Below are positions 38,468 through 47,457 of a stretch of 64,000 nucleotides of DNA, one piece after another. The DNA lies in NCBI GenBank assembly GCA_937148845.1, contig CAKZRW010000027.1, positions 3,555-67,554 of the forward strand, given 5' to 3'. The stretch is from an uncultured Actinomycetes bacterium. Its GTDB lineage: Bacteria; Actinomycetota; Thermoleophilia; RBG-16-64-13. The stretch's first letter is position 1. Every line of letters begins with the position of its first letter. The position numbers and the translations under genes are program-made. Under the pieces are notes generated by a model. It did not search any database and was not told where the DNA came from. It was given only the letters and a program-made list of their open reading frames with translations.

Positions 38468-39234
38468 GCAGTAAGAGCGAGAAGGAGGGCGCCGGGGCTC
38501 AGGGGCGGGGACCCGGGATCGCCGCCCCCGAGCCCCGGCCGGCCCGAGCCGCGGCGCCTTCTCAGGTCGAGCAGGAGGTGACGACCGGGCGTCCCGCCGG
38601 TGTGGTGGGGCGGAAGCGGGTGCGGAAGCCCAAACCGGTGCGACGTCGCGAGATCGCCGAGGCCGCACTTCGCATCATGGCCAAACACGGGTACTACGGT
38701 ACCTCGGTAGAACGCATAGCGAGGGCAGTAGGCATCTCCAACAGCGCCCTTTACCAACACTTCCGGAACCGCGAGGACGTGATGGTGGCTGCCACCGAAC
38801 TGCTGGGCGAGCGCGGCGACGAGTGGATACGGCGGGCGGGTGGGGCGACGGCTCTGGATCGGCTGCTCAACATCGTGGACAGCCACCTGGAGTGGGCCTT
38901 GGCTTCGCTTGAGACTTTCGTGCGCCCCGTGTTTGCCATCGTCGGCGTGACAGAGAAAGCCCGGCTTGAGCCGAGCACACCGCGAGGGGTGCGGCAATCG
39001 TTCGAGGCTCTTCTACCCATCGTCGAGCAGGCGCAGAGGGAGGGGAGTATCCGGACCGATGTCGACCCCGGGGATCTAGCCTGGGCCATCCTCATGTTCG
39101 CGTGGGCGGAAGATATGGCTCTTCTGGCGCGGGTGGGCCCCGTGACCGACGGTGGAGCTTCCAAGCGGAATTTCCGCCGGTTGTTGGTTGCCTACCTGAC
39201 CCCGGAGGGCGCTCGCAAGCTCGCGGAGTCTTGA
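38464..39234 (+). CDS. TetR/AcrR-family regulator (paralog of 21742-22458; start uncertain)
   Basis: GYYGTSVERIARAVGISNSALYQHFRNR. Confidence 0.88.
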   Translation: MSSKSEKEGAGAQGRGPGIAAPEPRPARAAAPSQVEQEVTTGRPAGVVGRKRVRKPKPVRRREIAEAALRIMAKHGYYGTSVERIARAVGISNSALYQHFRNREDVMVAATELLGERGDEWIRRAGGATALDRLLNIVDSHLEWALASLETFVRPVFAIVGVTEKARLEPSTPRGVRQSFEALLPIVEQAQREGSIRTDVDPGDLAWAILMFAWAEDMALLARVGPVTDGGASKRNFRRLLVAYLTPEGARKLAES

Positions 39235-39322
39235 CTTGTCCGCAGGCAGCGTGATACTGGTAGAGTAGCTAACTGAACGAGATTCATAAAGGGGAGTCGG
39301 TGAGGGGGTCCGCAGGGGGGAC

Positions 39323-40567
39323 ATGGAGAGGGCAGCCGGCCTATCGTTCCAGGAACGCGAAGCACGGTTTGCTGCGGCCGTCCGGCTGGAGGTTCCCGAC
39401 CGGGTGCCTCTGGAGATCGCTTATGGGTATTTTCCGGCCAGGTATTGCGGGGTCAGGCCTGACGCTGCTTACTACGACTACGAGACCTGGCTGGCCGCTT
39501 GCCTTGCCACAGTGGCGGCTTTTGGGGCTGACATGAGCAGTGTGCAACCTTTCTTTCCGGGAGAGGTGCTCGAAATGATCGAGCCGCAGGCCCTGCGCTG
39601 GCCGGGTGGTCGGGGAGCCGAGATCCGGTCTCACCAGGTGTTGGACGGCGAGTACATGCGCGATTCAGAGTACCCGGCGCTGATAGCCGACCCCACCTCG
39701 TTTCTGCTTACTCGCTATCTTCCGCGAGCCACCGGAGCCCTGCGGGGTTTCGCCTGCTTACCTCCCTTGCCTTGTGCCGATGCAGGTTATCGAGGGGTGC
39801 TTTGCCTAGCGGAAGCTCTGCTCGAGCCCGAAGTCGCGGCTGCTTTGGAACGCCTCAAGGACATCGGTGAGGTCTTCGCTCGCTGGCGGCCACGGCTCGC
39901 CGCCTTCGACCAGGAACTGGAGAACGCTGGTTTCCCTCTGCTGGCGGACCGGGTGGTGTTGGCTCCTTACGACATCATTGCCGACAACTTGCGGGGTATG
40001 CGGGGCATCATGACCGACTTGTTCAAGCATCCCGATGAGCTCCAGCAAGCCTGCGCCGCGCTGCTCAGAGTCATCCTGGACCGTCTAGGCTGGCCGGTGG
40101 AGGGCCGGTCCAACCGGGTGCTCATTCCTCTTCATTTCGGCTCCGCAGGCTTCTGCTCGCTGGAACAGTTCGAAACCTTCTACTGGCCCACCCTTAGGCA
40201 GATGATCGTAGCCATGGTGCAGCGCGGGTTCACTCCCCTGGTCATGACCGAGGGTGATTACACCTCGCGACTGGAGTACCTGCTGGAACTGCCCCGCGGC
40301 AAGGTTTTCGTGCACTTCGACGCCACCGATGTTTTCCGGGCCAAAGACGTGCTGGGCGGACACCTTTGCATCAGCGGCAATGTGCCGGTGACCCTCTTGG
40401 CCGCAGGGACGCCGGAAGAGGTACGCGCAGTGGCGAAGGAACTCATCGACTACTGTGGGCGGGACGGGGGCTTCGTGATGTCCACCCGCTGTCCCGTGGA
40501 CGACGTGCGGCCGGAGAATCTTAGGGCTTTGGTCGACTTCACTGTGCAATACGGCGTGTACGTGTGA
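39323..40567 (+). CDS. Uroporphyrinogen-decarboxylase/MtaA-CmuA family protein
   Basis: PDRVP, LRGMRGIMTDL, EQFETFYWP, CISGNVP, GGFVMS. Confidence 0.82.
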   Translation: MERAAGLSFQEREARFAAAVRLEVPDRVPLEIAYGYFPARYCGVRPDAAYYDYETWLAACLATVAAFGADMSSVQPFFPGEVLEMIEPQALRWPGGRGAEIRSHQVLDGEYMRDSEYPALIADPTSFLLTRYLPRATGALRGFACLPPLPCADAGYRGVLCLAEALLEPEVAAALERLKDIGEVFARWRPRLAAFDQELENAGFPLLADRVVLAPYDIIADNLRGMRGIMTDLFKHPDELQQACAALLRVILDRLGWPVEGRSNRVLIPLHFGSAGFCSLEQFETFYWPTLRQMIVAMVQRGFTPLVMTEGDYTSRLEYLLELPRGKVFVHFDATDVFRAKDVLGGHLCISGNVPVTLLAAGTPEEVRAVAKELIDYCGRDGGFVMSTRCPVDDVRPENLRALVDFTVQYGVYV

Positions 40568-40591
40568 GCTCGACCTGACGCAGGGGGCGGA

Positions 40592-41551
40592 ATGGTCACA
40601 TACATTGTGAGGCGGCTGCTCATGGGGATCTTGGTGATCTTCCTCATGTCGCTCATCGTCTTCTTCTCGGTGCGGCTGCTTCCAGGGGACCCGGTTCTCA
40701 TATTCGTCGCTCAACAACAGACCGGAGCCCAGGTCACCCAGGAGCAGCTGGAGAAGCTGCGGGTGGAATACGGCCTGGACAAGCCCGTCCCCATCCAGTA
40801 CTTGAACTGGGCCAAGGGGGTGATCACCGGGGATCTTGGCAAGTCCATCATGTACCGGGACGATGTGGGCCAGCTCTTACGCGACCGCTTCCCGGTCACC
40901 CTCTACCTGGGGTTGGTGTCAGTGGCGATCAGTACCATCTTCGGCATCGTTTTCGGGCTGCTTGCTGCTATTCGTCGGGGGACCTGGATCGACTCGGTAG
41001 TGACCTTCCTCTCGTATATCGGTCTTACCATCCCGGTCTTCTTGCTCGGCATCCTCTTGATCTACGTCTTCGGGCTCAAGTTGCGCTGGCTGCCCATCGC
41101 CGGGTACACGGCGCCCTGGGACAACTACTGGTTGAGCGTCAAGCAGAGCATCATGCCCATCATCTGCCTGGCGGTCGCCCCTCTGGCCATGACGGCCCGG
41201 CAGATGCGTTCCAGTGTGCTCGAGGTCAACAACATGGACTATGTGCGCACGGCCTGGTCCAAGGGGCTCAAGGAGAAGGTGGTCGTCTTTAGGCATGTGC
41301 TCAAGAACAGTCTGCTGCCGGTGGTCACGATGCTTGGCATCAGCGTCGGACTCATCTTCGGTGGCTCGGTGATTATTGAGAACCTCTTTGCGATCCCTGG
41401 AGTAGGACGGCTGCTCGTGGGGGCAGTGTTCGGCCAAGACTACGTGGTCATCCAGGGGGGGACTCTGGTGATCGCCACCATCATCGTCATCGTCAACCTG
41501 ATCGTCGACATCTCTTACGGCTGGCTTGACCCGAGGATCCGCTATGAGTGA
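40592..41551 (+). CDS. Peptide/nickel-type ABC transporter permease (DppB-like)
   Basis: LLPGDP, GLDKP, DYVRTAWSKGL, IENLFAIPGVG, LDPRIR. Confidence 0.93.
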   Translation: MVTYIVRRLLMGILVIFLMSLIVFFSVRLLPGDPVLIFVAQQQTGAQVTQEQLEKLRVEYGLDKPVPIQYLNWAKGVITGDLGKSIMYRDDVGQLLRDRFPVTLYLGLVSVAISTIFGIVFGLLAAIRRGTWIDSVVTFLSYIGLTIPVFLLGILLIYVFGLKLRWLPIAGYTAPWDNYWLSVKQSIMPIICLAVAPLAMTARQMRSSVLEVNNMDYVRTAWSKGLKEKVVVFRHVLKNSLLPVVTMLGISVGLIFGGSVIIENLFAIPGVGRLLVGAVFGQDYVVIQGGTLVIATIIVIVNLIVDISYGWLDPRIRYE

Positions 41552-42482
41552 CGTTTCCGAACAAGTCTTCGTCGATCAGTCCGGCCCCGACCAGGTGCCG
41601 TACGGGCGCCCATTGGATGCCGAGGTAGCCCGCCCGGTCAGTGAGTGGCGGCGCTTCCTCCGGATCTTCTTCCAGCGCAAGTTGGTGGTGTTCGGGGTGG
41701 CGGTACTGGTGGTACTGGTCGTCGTGGCGATCTTTGCTCCTTGGATCGCGACACACGATCCTTACCGCAACGACATGTCCAAAGCTCTGCGCTCACCTAG
41801 CAGCGAGCACTGGTTGGGCACCGACAGTCTAGGGCGCGACACCTTCAGTCGCCTGGTCTACGGGGCTCGTACGGCACTCATCGTGGGCTTCGGCACGGTC
41901 GCCGTGGCCTCGGTGGTGGGGATGATCCTGGGACTGCTGGCCGGCTTCCTAGGCGGTTGGGTCAACGCGATCATCATGCGGGTCATGGATGCGCTCATGG
42001 GGTTTCCCATGTTGGTGCTGGCGCTGCTTCTGGCTGCGGTTCTGGGAGCGGGCATCCACAATGTGATCATCGCCCTTTCCATCGCTACCCTTCCCGCCTA
42101 CACCCGCCTCATGTGCGGCGAGACGCTCAGCGTCAAAGAGAACGAGTACATCATGGCCCAACGCGCGATGGGGGCCAAGAGCCTGCGCACGATGGTCAAG
42201 CATATTCTGCCCAACGCCTTCCAACCCACTTTGGTGCTGGTCACCTCCATGCTGGGGAATGTCATTCTGGCCGAGGCAGGGCTCAGCTTCCTCGGCATCG
42301 GCATCAAGCCTCCGGGGGTGGCTTGGGGAAGCATGACTGCCGACGGTTATCGGTTCCTGGAGGCGCATCCGCAACTGTCGTTCGCGCCCGCTCTATGCAT
42401 CATGGTGGTGGTGTTCGCTTTCAACATGGTGGGAGACGGGTTGCGTGACGCTCTCGATCCCAAACTGCGGGGTGTGCTGTGA
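41544..42482 (+). CDS. Peptide/nickel-type ABC transporter permease (DppC-like)
   Basis: LGTDSLGRD, HILPN, EAGLSFLGIG, GDGLRDALDPK. Confidence 0.93.
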   Translation: MSDVSEQVFVDQSGPDQVPYGRPLDAEVARPVSEWRRFLRIFFQRKLVVFGVAVLVVLVVVAIFAPWIATHDPYRNDMSKALRSPSSEHWLGTDSLGRDTFSRLVYGARTALIVGFGTVAVASVVGMILGLLAGFLGGWVNAIIMRVMDALMGFPMLVLALLLAAVLGAGIHNVIIALSIATLPAYTRLMCGETLSVKENEYIMAQRAMGAKSLRTMVKHILPNAFQPTLVLVTSMLGNVILAEAGLSFLGIGIKPPGVAWGSMTADGYRFLEAHPQLSFAPALCIMVVVFAFNMVGDGLRDALDPKLRGVL

Positions 42483-43519
42483 GAACGAGCGTCTCAGGTA
42501 GCGCAGCGGTGTGCGAAGCGGGCCCTCGGGGCCGCATGCTGGAGGTCGAGGATCTCTACACCGAGTTCAAGATCGACCAGGGCATCGTCCATGCTGTGAA
42601 CGGGATCTCCTACGCAGTGGACGAGCGCGAGATCGTCGGTATGGTCGGTGAGAGTGGTTGTGGCAAGACGGTGTCTCAGCTTTCGGTGATGCAGCTCATC
42701 CGGCGTCCGGGTCGGATCGCCGGGGGGAAGGTCTGGTTCGAAGGAGTCAATCTGCTGGAGTACCGGCCCAACAGCCCGGAGATGCGGGCCATCCGGGGAG
42801 GCAAGATCAGCATGATCTTCCAAGAGCCCATGACCTCTCTCAATCCTACGCTCACCATCGGGCGCCAGATCACCGAGTCCCTCGAGCTCCACTTGGGTAT
42901 GAACAAGAAGGAAGCGCGGGCCAGAGCCATCGAGCTGCTGGACCAAGTCGGTATCCCGAGCGCTGCCAGTCGGCTGGACGACTATCCTCATCAGTTCAGC
43001 GGCGGTATGCGGCAGCGGGTCATGATCGCCATCGGCGTGGCCTGTGAGCCCAAGATGGTGATCGCCGACGAGCCTACGACGGCGCTCGACTGCACCACAC
43101 AGGCTCAGTTGCTTGAGCTCATGCTTGCCACTATAGACCGCTGCCAGGGGGCGCTGGTGCTTGTCACTCACAATCTGGGCGTGGTGGCCCGTTATGCCCA
43201 GCGGCTGTACATCATGTACGCGGGCAAGATCGTGGAAGAGGGGCGCTGCCGCGACATCTTCTACCGGCCCAGCCACCCCTATACCATAGGTCTCCTGAAC
43301 AGTGTTCCGCGGCTGGATGAGGCCAAAGGTAAACGGCTCGTCCCCATCTGGGGGACGCCACCCAACCTTATCGATCCCCCTGCGCGTTGCGCCTTCTACC
43401 CGCGCTGTCCCGAACGGACAGAACGCTGCCGGGTGGAACCGTGGCCGGAGCTCAAGCCGGTCGAGGGGGAAGGCCACCTGGTCCGTTGCTACATGCGGGA
43501 AGGAGGTCGCGGGGCATGA
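42479..43519 (+). CDS. ABC ATP-binding protein (DppD-like)
   Basis: [29 protein letters not shown]. Confidence 0.94.
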   Translation: MRTSVSGSAAVCEAGPRGRMLEVEDLYTEFKIDQGIVHAVNGISYAVDEREIVGMVGESGCGKTVSQLSVMQLIRRPGRIAGGKVWFEGVNLLEYRPNSPEMRAIRGGKISMIFQEPMTSLNPTLTIGRQITESLELHLGMNKKEARARAIELLDQVGIPSAASRLDDYPHQFSGGMRQRVMIAIGVACEPKMVIADEPTTALDCTTQAQLLELMLATIDRCQGALVLVTHNLGVVARYAQRLYIMYAGKIVEEGRCRDIFYRPSHPYTIGLLNSVPRLDEAKGKRLVPIWGTPPNLIDPPARCAFYPRCPERTERCRVEPWPELKPVEGEGHLVRCYMREGGRGA

Positions 43520-44595
43520 ACGAGGCCCGCGCCACCGAAACCCGGCTGGTGGGCCGACCCCAGGACGCAGAGGTGTCTGTGGCGGTCCCTGCGAACGACG
43601 TGATCCTCAAGGTCGAGGACCTGCGCATGTACTTCCCTATCACCCGGGGTCTGCTCAAACGCAAGGTGGGCGAGGTCAAGGCTGTGGACGGTGTGAGCTT
43701 CACTATCCGTCGGGGCGAGACTTTGGGATTGGTGGGGGAGAGCGGTTGCGGTAAGACCACCGTCGGCCGTTGCATCTCGCGCATCTATCAGCCTACAGAC
43801 GGACGCATCTGGTTCGAGCACAGGGAGATCTCCAAGCTTGCCGAGAAGGAGTTCCGGCCGCTGCGCCGGCACATCGCTGTCATCTTCCAGGATCCTTATG
43901 GCTCTCTCGACCCCCGGCAGACAGCCGGGAGCATCGTGGGGGAGCCGCTTGAGATCCACAAGATGGTGCGGAGCAAGGCTGAGTATCGCGAGCGGGTGGC
44001 CGGCCTGTTCGCCAAGGTGGGGCTTGATCCCGCCCTGATGTCGCGCTATCCGCACGAGTTCAGCGGAGGCCAGCGCCAACGCATCGGCATCGCGCGGGCC
44101 CTGGCCGGGGATCCCAGCCTGATCATCTGCGATGAGCCAGTATCTGCCCTGGACGTCTCGATCCAGGCCCAGATCATCAACCTGCTCATGGATCTCAAGG
44201 AAGGGTCTTCCGGTCTCACCTACATCTTCATCGCCCACGATCTCTCCGTGGTCAAACACATCAGCGACCGCATCGCAGTGATGTATCTGGGGCGCGTCGT
44301 AGAGATCACCACGCCGGCCGAGCTTTATTCCAACCCCATCCATCCCTATACGCGAGCTTTGTTGTCGGCGGTCTGCGTTCCCGACCCCGATATCGAGGCC
44401 ACCCGGGAACGCATCGTTCTGGAGGGAGAGGTGCCCAGTCCTGTGAATCCTCCCTCGGGCTGCACGTTTCACGCTCGGTGCCCGGAGGCCACGCCTGCCT
44501 GCAAGACCACGGTGCCCAAGCTGACTATGGTGGCCGAAGACCACGAGGTGGCCTGTCTTAGGGTAGCCGAGGCCGCGGTGAAGGAGGAGCAGTAG
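43516..44595 (+). CDS. ABC ATP-binding protein (DppF-like)
   Basis: [29 protein letters not shown]. Confidence 0.94.
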   Translation: MNEARATETRLVGRPQDAEVSVAVPANDVILKVEDLRMYFPITRGLLKRKVGEVKAVDGVSFTIRRGETLGLVGESGCGKTTVGRCISRIYQPTDGRIWFEHREISKLAEKEFRPLRRHIAVIFQDPYGSLDPRQTAGSIVGEPLEIHKMVRSKAEYRERVAGLFAKVGLDPALMSRYPHEFSGGQRQRIGIARALAGDPSLIICDEPVSALDVSIQAQIINLLMDLKEGSSGLTYIFIAHDLSVVKHISDRIAVMYLGRVVEITTPAELYSNPIHPYTRALLSAVCVPDPDIEATRERIVLEGEVPSPVNPPSGCTFHARCPEATPACKTTVPKLTMVAEDHEVACLRVAEAAVKEEQ

Positions 44596-44644
44596 TCCGC
44601 TGCAAGGTCGCGGTCTACGGAGGCGGAAGAAGGAGGGTGACCCG

Positions 44645-45598
44645 ATGGCGAAGAGGCAGTTTGCTCACCTGGTGAAGCCGGTGCTTATCCAAGAAGGACC
44701 GCCCGGGCTCTATCCCACTCCCCGGATCTTCATGGAGGGCAAAGACCTGGAAGGCTTCAACGCCAATTTCTCCTACGGGTTCTTCACGGGGCCGGCTTCT
44801 TTCCACCCGGTCGAAGGTGCCGTGGTCCATCCTTACGACGAGGTCCTGGTGTTCGCCGGTATCGACACGAGTGACATCCTCAAACTGGGTGGGGAGTGCT
44901 CCATAGAGCTGGGGGAGGAGCGTGAGCTCTACAGCATCACGGAGCCCACCGTGGTCGTCGTGCCCAAGGGTACGCCGCACGGGCCGGCCAAAGTCTTGCG
45001 GGCCGATCTGCCCATCGCTCACTACCACATCGGGTTGGAAGCAGAATACCGCGCAGAGCCGGTGCCGGTGGCGGCCGCCCCCAGCCAAGGAGAGAAGTAC
45101 CGGCATCTGGTCAAGAGGTTAGTCACCACTATCCATCCGGCGGAAGAGGGTTCCGGCATGGGCTATGAATCGGTGGTGGACGAACGGGGGGTGATGCGTC
45201 CCGCCGAACGAGGCGTCGGGCCGGGGAACGGCGACCAGATCGTCTGGCTGTTCGGCCCTGACCTGGAGAACATCTCGCTCAATTTCACCTGGGGCCACTA
45301 CAGCCGTTGCGGCAAGTGGCACCGGGGCGGAGAGATACATACCCACCCCGAAGAAGAGATCCTGGTATTCGTGGGCTTCAATCCTGACGACTTGACCGAC
45401 CTGGGCTGCGAGATCGAGCTGGGCATGGGGCCAAGCGCCGAGCGCCACGTCTTTAACAAGTCGACGGTGGCCATCTGTCCCAAAGGTTTTCCCCATTTGC
45501 CTGTAATCACACGCTGGTGCGACAAGCCTTACGGTTTCTTCGTGGCCTGCTTGAGCGGAGAGCACGCGTCCCCGTGGGTCGAGGTGGAAGAGGAGTAA
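44645..45598 (+). CDS. Two-domain atypical cupin-like protein
   Basis: VVHPYDE..LGGECS..VVPKGTPHGP and HTHPEEE..LGCEIE..ICPKGFPHLP. Confidence 0.75.
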   Translation: MAKRQFAHLVKPVLIQEGPPGLYPTPRIFMEGKDLEGFNANFSYGFFTGPASFHPVEGAVVHPYDEVLVFAGIDTSDILKLGGECSIELGEERELYSITEPTVVVVPKGTPHGPAKVLRADLPIAHYHIGLEAEYRAEPVPVAAAPSQGEKYRHLVKRLVTTIHPAEEGSGMGYESVVDERGVMRPAERGVGPGNGDQIVWLFGPDLENISLNFTWGHYSRCGKWHRGGEIHTHPEEEILVFVGFNPDDLTDLGCEIELGMGPSAERHVFNKSTVAICPKGFPHLPVITRWCDKPYGFFVACLSGEHASPWVEVEEE

Positions 45599-46812
45599 TG
45601 AGGTACCGCTGGGTGCGCAGGCTGGACCGGGAGGTCTCCGTTCTGGGAGTGGGGGCCCCGCGTCACCGGGCGGGCGACAGTGGTGCTGGTCTGGGCGGCG
45701 GGTGCCCTGGTTTCGTGGAGCTCTTCCAACGGGCGGTCGACGCGGGGGTCGACTATCTGGACCTGGGTTGGTTTCCCAGTATCGAGGATTGCCCCCCTTG
45801 GGCGGAGATGGTCAGAGCGGCACTCAGTGACGGCTATCGCGAGCGTGTGCGGATAGCGGCCAATATGCCGCCGGCCCTCGCCCTATCGGCGGAAGAGTGC
45901 AAGCGCTTTCTTGCGCGCTTGGCAGAGTCGTTGGCTTTGGAGCACTTGGACCTCTGCTTTGTCGGCGAAGTCGACCGCGTGGTCTGGCAGAGGTTAGCGG
46001 AAGCAGGGTTCCCTTCTTGGGCCCCCTCCCTGTTCGGAGAGGGTCGGCTGGGAGCGCTCGGCTTCTTCTTGTGCGATGACCTGCAGGTCCAGAGGAAAGT
46101 GCTCGCCGCTTGTGACGGCTGGGCGGCCTGCAAGCTCCGGTACGGCTTCTTCGACTACTTGAAGACCCGACCGGGTGCGAGCGGGGTCAGGTTCGCTTCT
46201 GAGCAGGGTCTCATGGTAGTGGTGGCCGAACCGACCAGCGGGGCTCTCAGCTGGCTGGCCCAGGCCGGTAGAGACACTGACGCGTGGCGGGCTCTGCTGG
46301 ACGCGCGGTCTTCAGAGGAGGCGGCACCGTTGGTGGAGGCACTGGGCGGGGGGGACAGCCTGGACGTCTGGACTCTCCGCTGGGCGTGGGACGATCCGGG
46401 GGTCTCCACAGTGGTCTTGGACCTGGTCCCAGGCCTGCAGCTCGACCGTTACCTTAGGCTCGCCGATCGTGCGGTACCGCGTACCCTGGCTGTGCAGGAG
46501 CTGATTGCGCTGAGTCGGTTGCGCGACCGTTTCGTCGCCGCAAGATCGGTGTCATGCGCGGCCTGCTATGCCTGTATGCCCTGTTCGGAAGGCATCGACA
46601 TTCCGCGCGTGCTCGATTTTCTGGACGAAGCCGTGGTCTACGGGAGTGTGGAAAACGCGCGGAGCAGTTACCGGTTTGCAGGTCAGCGGGCGGATTCTTG
46701 CACAGGCTGCAGAGAGTGCGAGGCTCGTTGCCCACGCGGTCTGGCCATTGCCGACGGCGTCACGCGGGCAAATGTCCTTCTGGGGGCTGAAGCCGGTGAC
46801 CGAGCCGAATGA
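45598..46812 (+). CDS. Degenerate aldo/keto-reductase-fold protein with C-terminal 2x[4Fe-4S] domain (COG1453-like)
   Basis: MRYR..EVSVLGVGA, GVDYLD, GYRERV, LRWAWD; CAACYACMPC and CTGCRECEARCP. Confidence 0.75.
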   Translation: MRYRWVRRLDREVSVLGVGAPRHRAGDSGAGLGGGCPGFVELFQRAVDAGVDYLDLGWFPSIEDCPPWAEMVRAALSDGYRERVRIAANMPPALALSAEECKRFLARLAESLALEHLDLCFVGEVDRVVWQRLAEAGFPSWAPSLFGEGRLGALGFFLCDDLQVQRKVLAACDGWAACKLRYGFFDYLKTRPGASGVRFASEQGLMVVVAEPTSGALSWLAQAGRDTDAWRALLDARSSEEAAPLVEALGGGDSLDVWTLRWAWDDPGVSTVVLDLVPGLQLDRYLRLADRAVPRTLAVQELIALSRLRDRFVAARSVSCAACYACMPCSEGIDIPRVLDFLDEAVVYGSVENARSSYRFAGQRADSCTGCRECEARCPRGLAIADGVTRANVLLGAEAGDRAE

Positions 46813-46830
46813 GGGGGAAGGAGGGATGGT

Positions 46831-47310
46831 TTGCACAGATTAGAAGGTTCACCACTGCGCAAGTACTTCCGCATAGGGGAAGAACTCAGGATCGCGTCGC
46901 ATCCGCACGAGCAGGAGGTGCCCAGTCCTGCCCTCTTCATCACCGGCGGGCCGGTGCCAACCGCTCCGGGTTTCCGTCTGGCCACGTTCGCCATAACTCA
47001 GCCGTTCGAGATGGTGCACGAGACCCACACGCACGACTTTGACCAATACCTCTGTTTCTTCGGGGGAGACATGCGCAACATGCTCGATCTGGGGGGAGAG
47101 GTGGAATTCTGTCTTGCGGAGGGTGACGAGGAGTTACAGACCTTCGTCTTCGCCAAACCTTTCGCCGTATACATCCCGGCAGGGATGAGGCACTGTCCCC
47201 TCCGTTACACCCGGGTGGACGATCCGGCTCGGCCCCTGATCCACCAAGACCTCGTCTTCACGGGCGAGTACATCCGCAAGCCGGCCCCCGAGCAGGGCTC
47301 TTCGGCATGA
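46831..47310 (+). CDS. Single-domain atypical cupin-like protein
   Basis: HTHDFDQYLCFFGGD..LGGEVE..VYIPAGMRHCP. Confidence 0.75.
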   Translation: MHRLEGSPLRKYFRIGEELRIASHPHEQEVPSPALFITGGPVPTAPGFRLATFAITQPFEMVHETHTHDFDQYLCFFGGDMRNMLDLGGEVEFCLAEGDEELQTFVFAKPFAVYIPAGMRHCPLRYTRVDDPARPLIHQDLVFTGEYIRKPAPEQGSSA

Positions 47311-47457
47311 CAGGGAGAGTGGATAGATCAGGGAAGGGGGTACCTATAGGGAAGTGGGAAGTGGTGCTGGCCAGAACATCCAGATCTACTGTGCGCAAAC
47401 GAAGCTGAAGCGACTCAGAGGGCAAAGAAACCAGAGTCCGGGAACGGGGGTACAAGA

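Noticed and set aside
47325..47400. AGGGAA...GGTG...ACTGT upstream of the ABC binding protein, resembling a cobalamin riboswitch
   Set aside because: It lacks the CCCGC before ACTGT, the B12 box and a consistent stem pattern, and the region is too short
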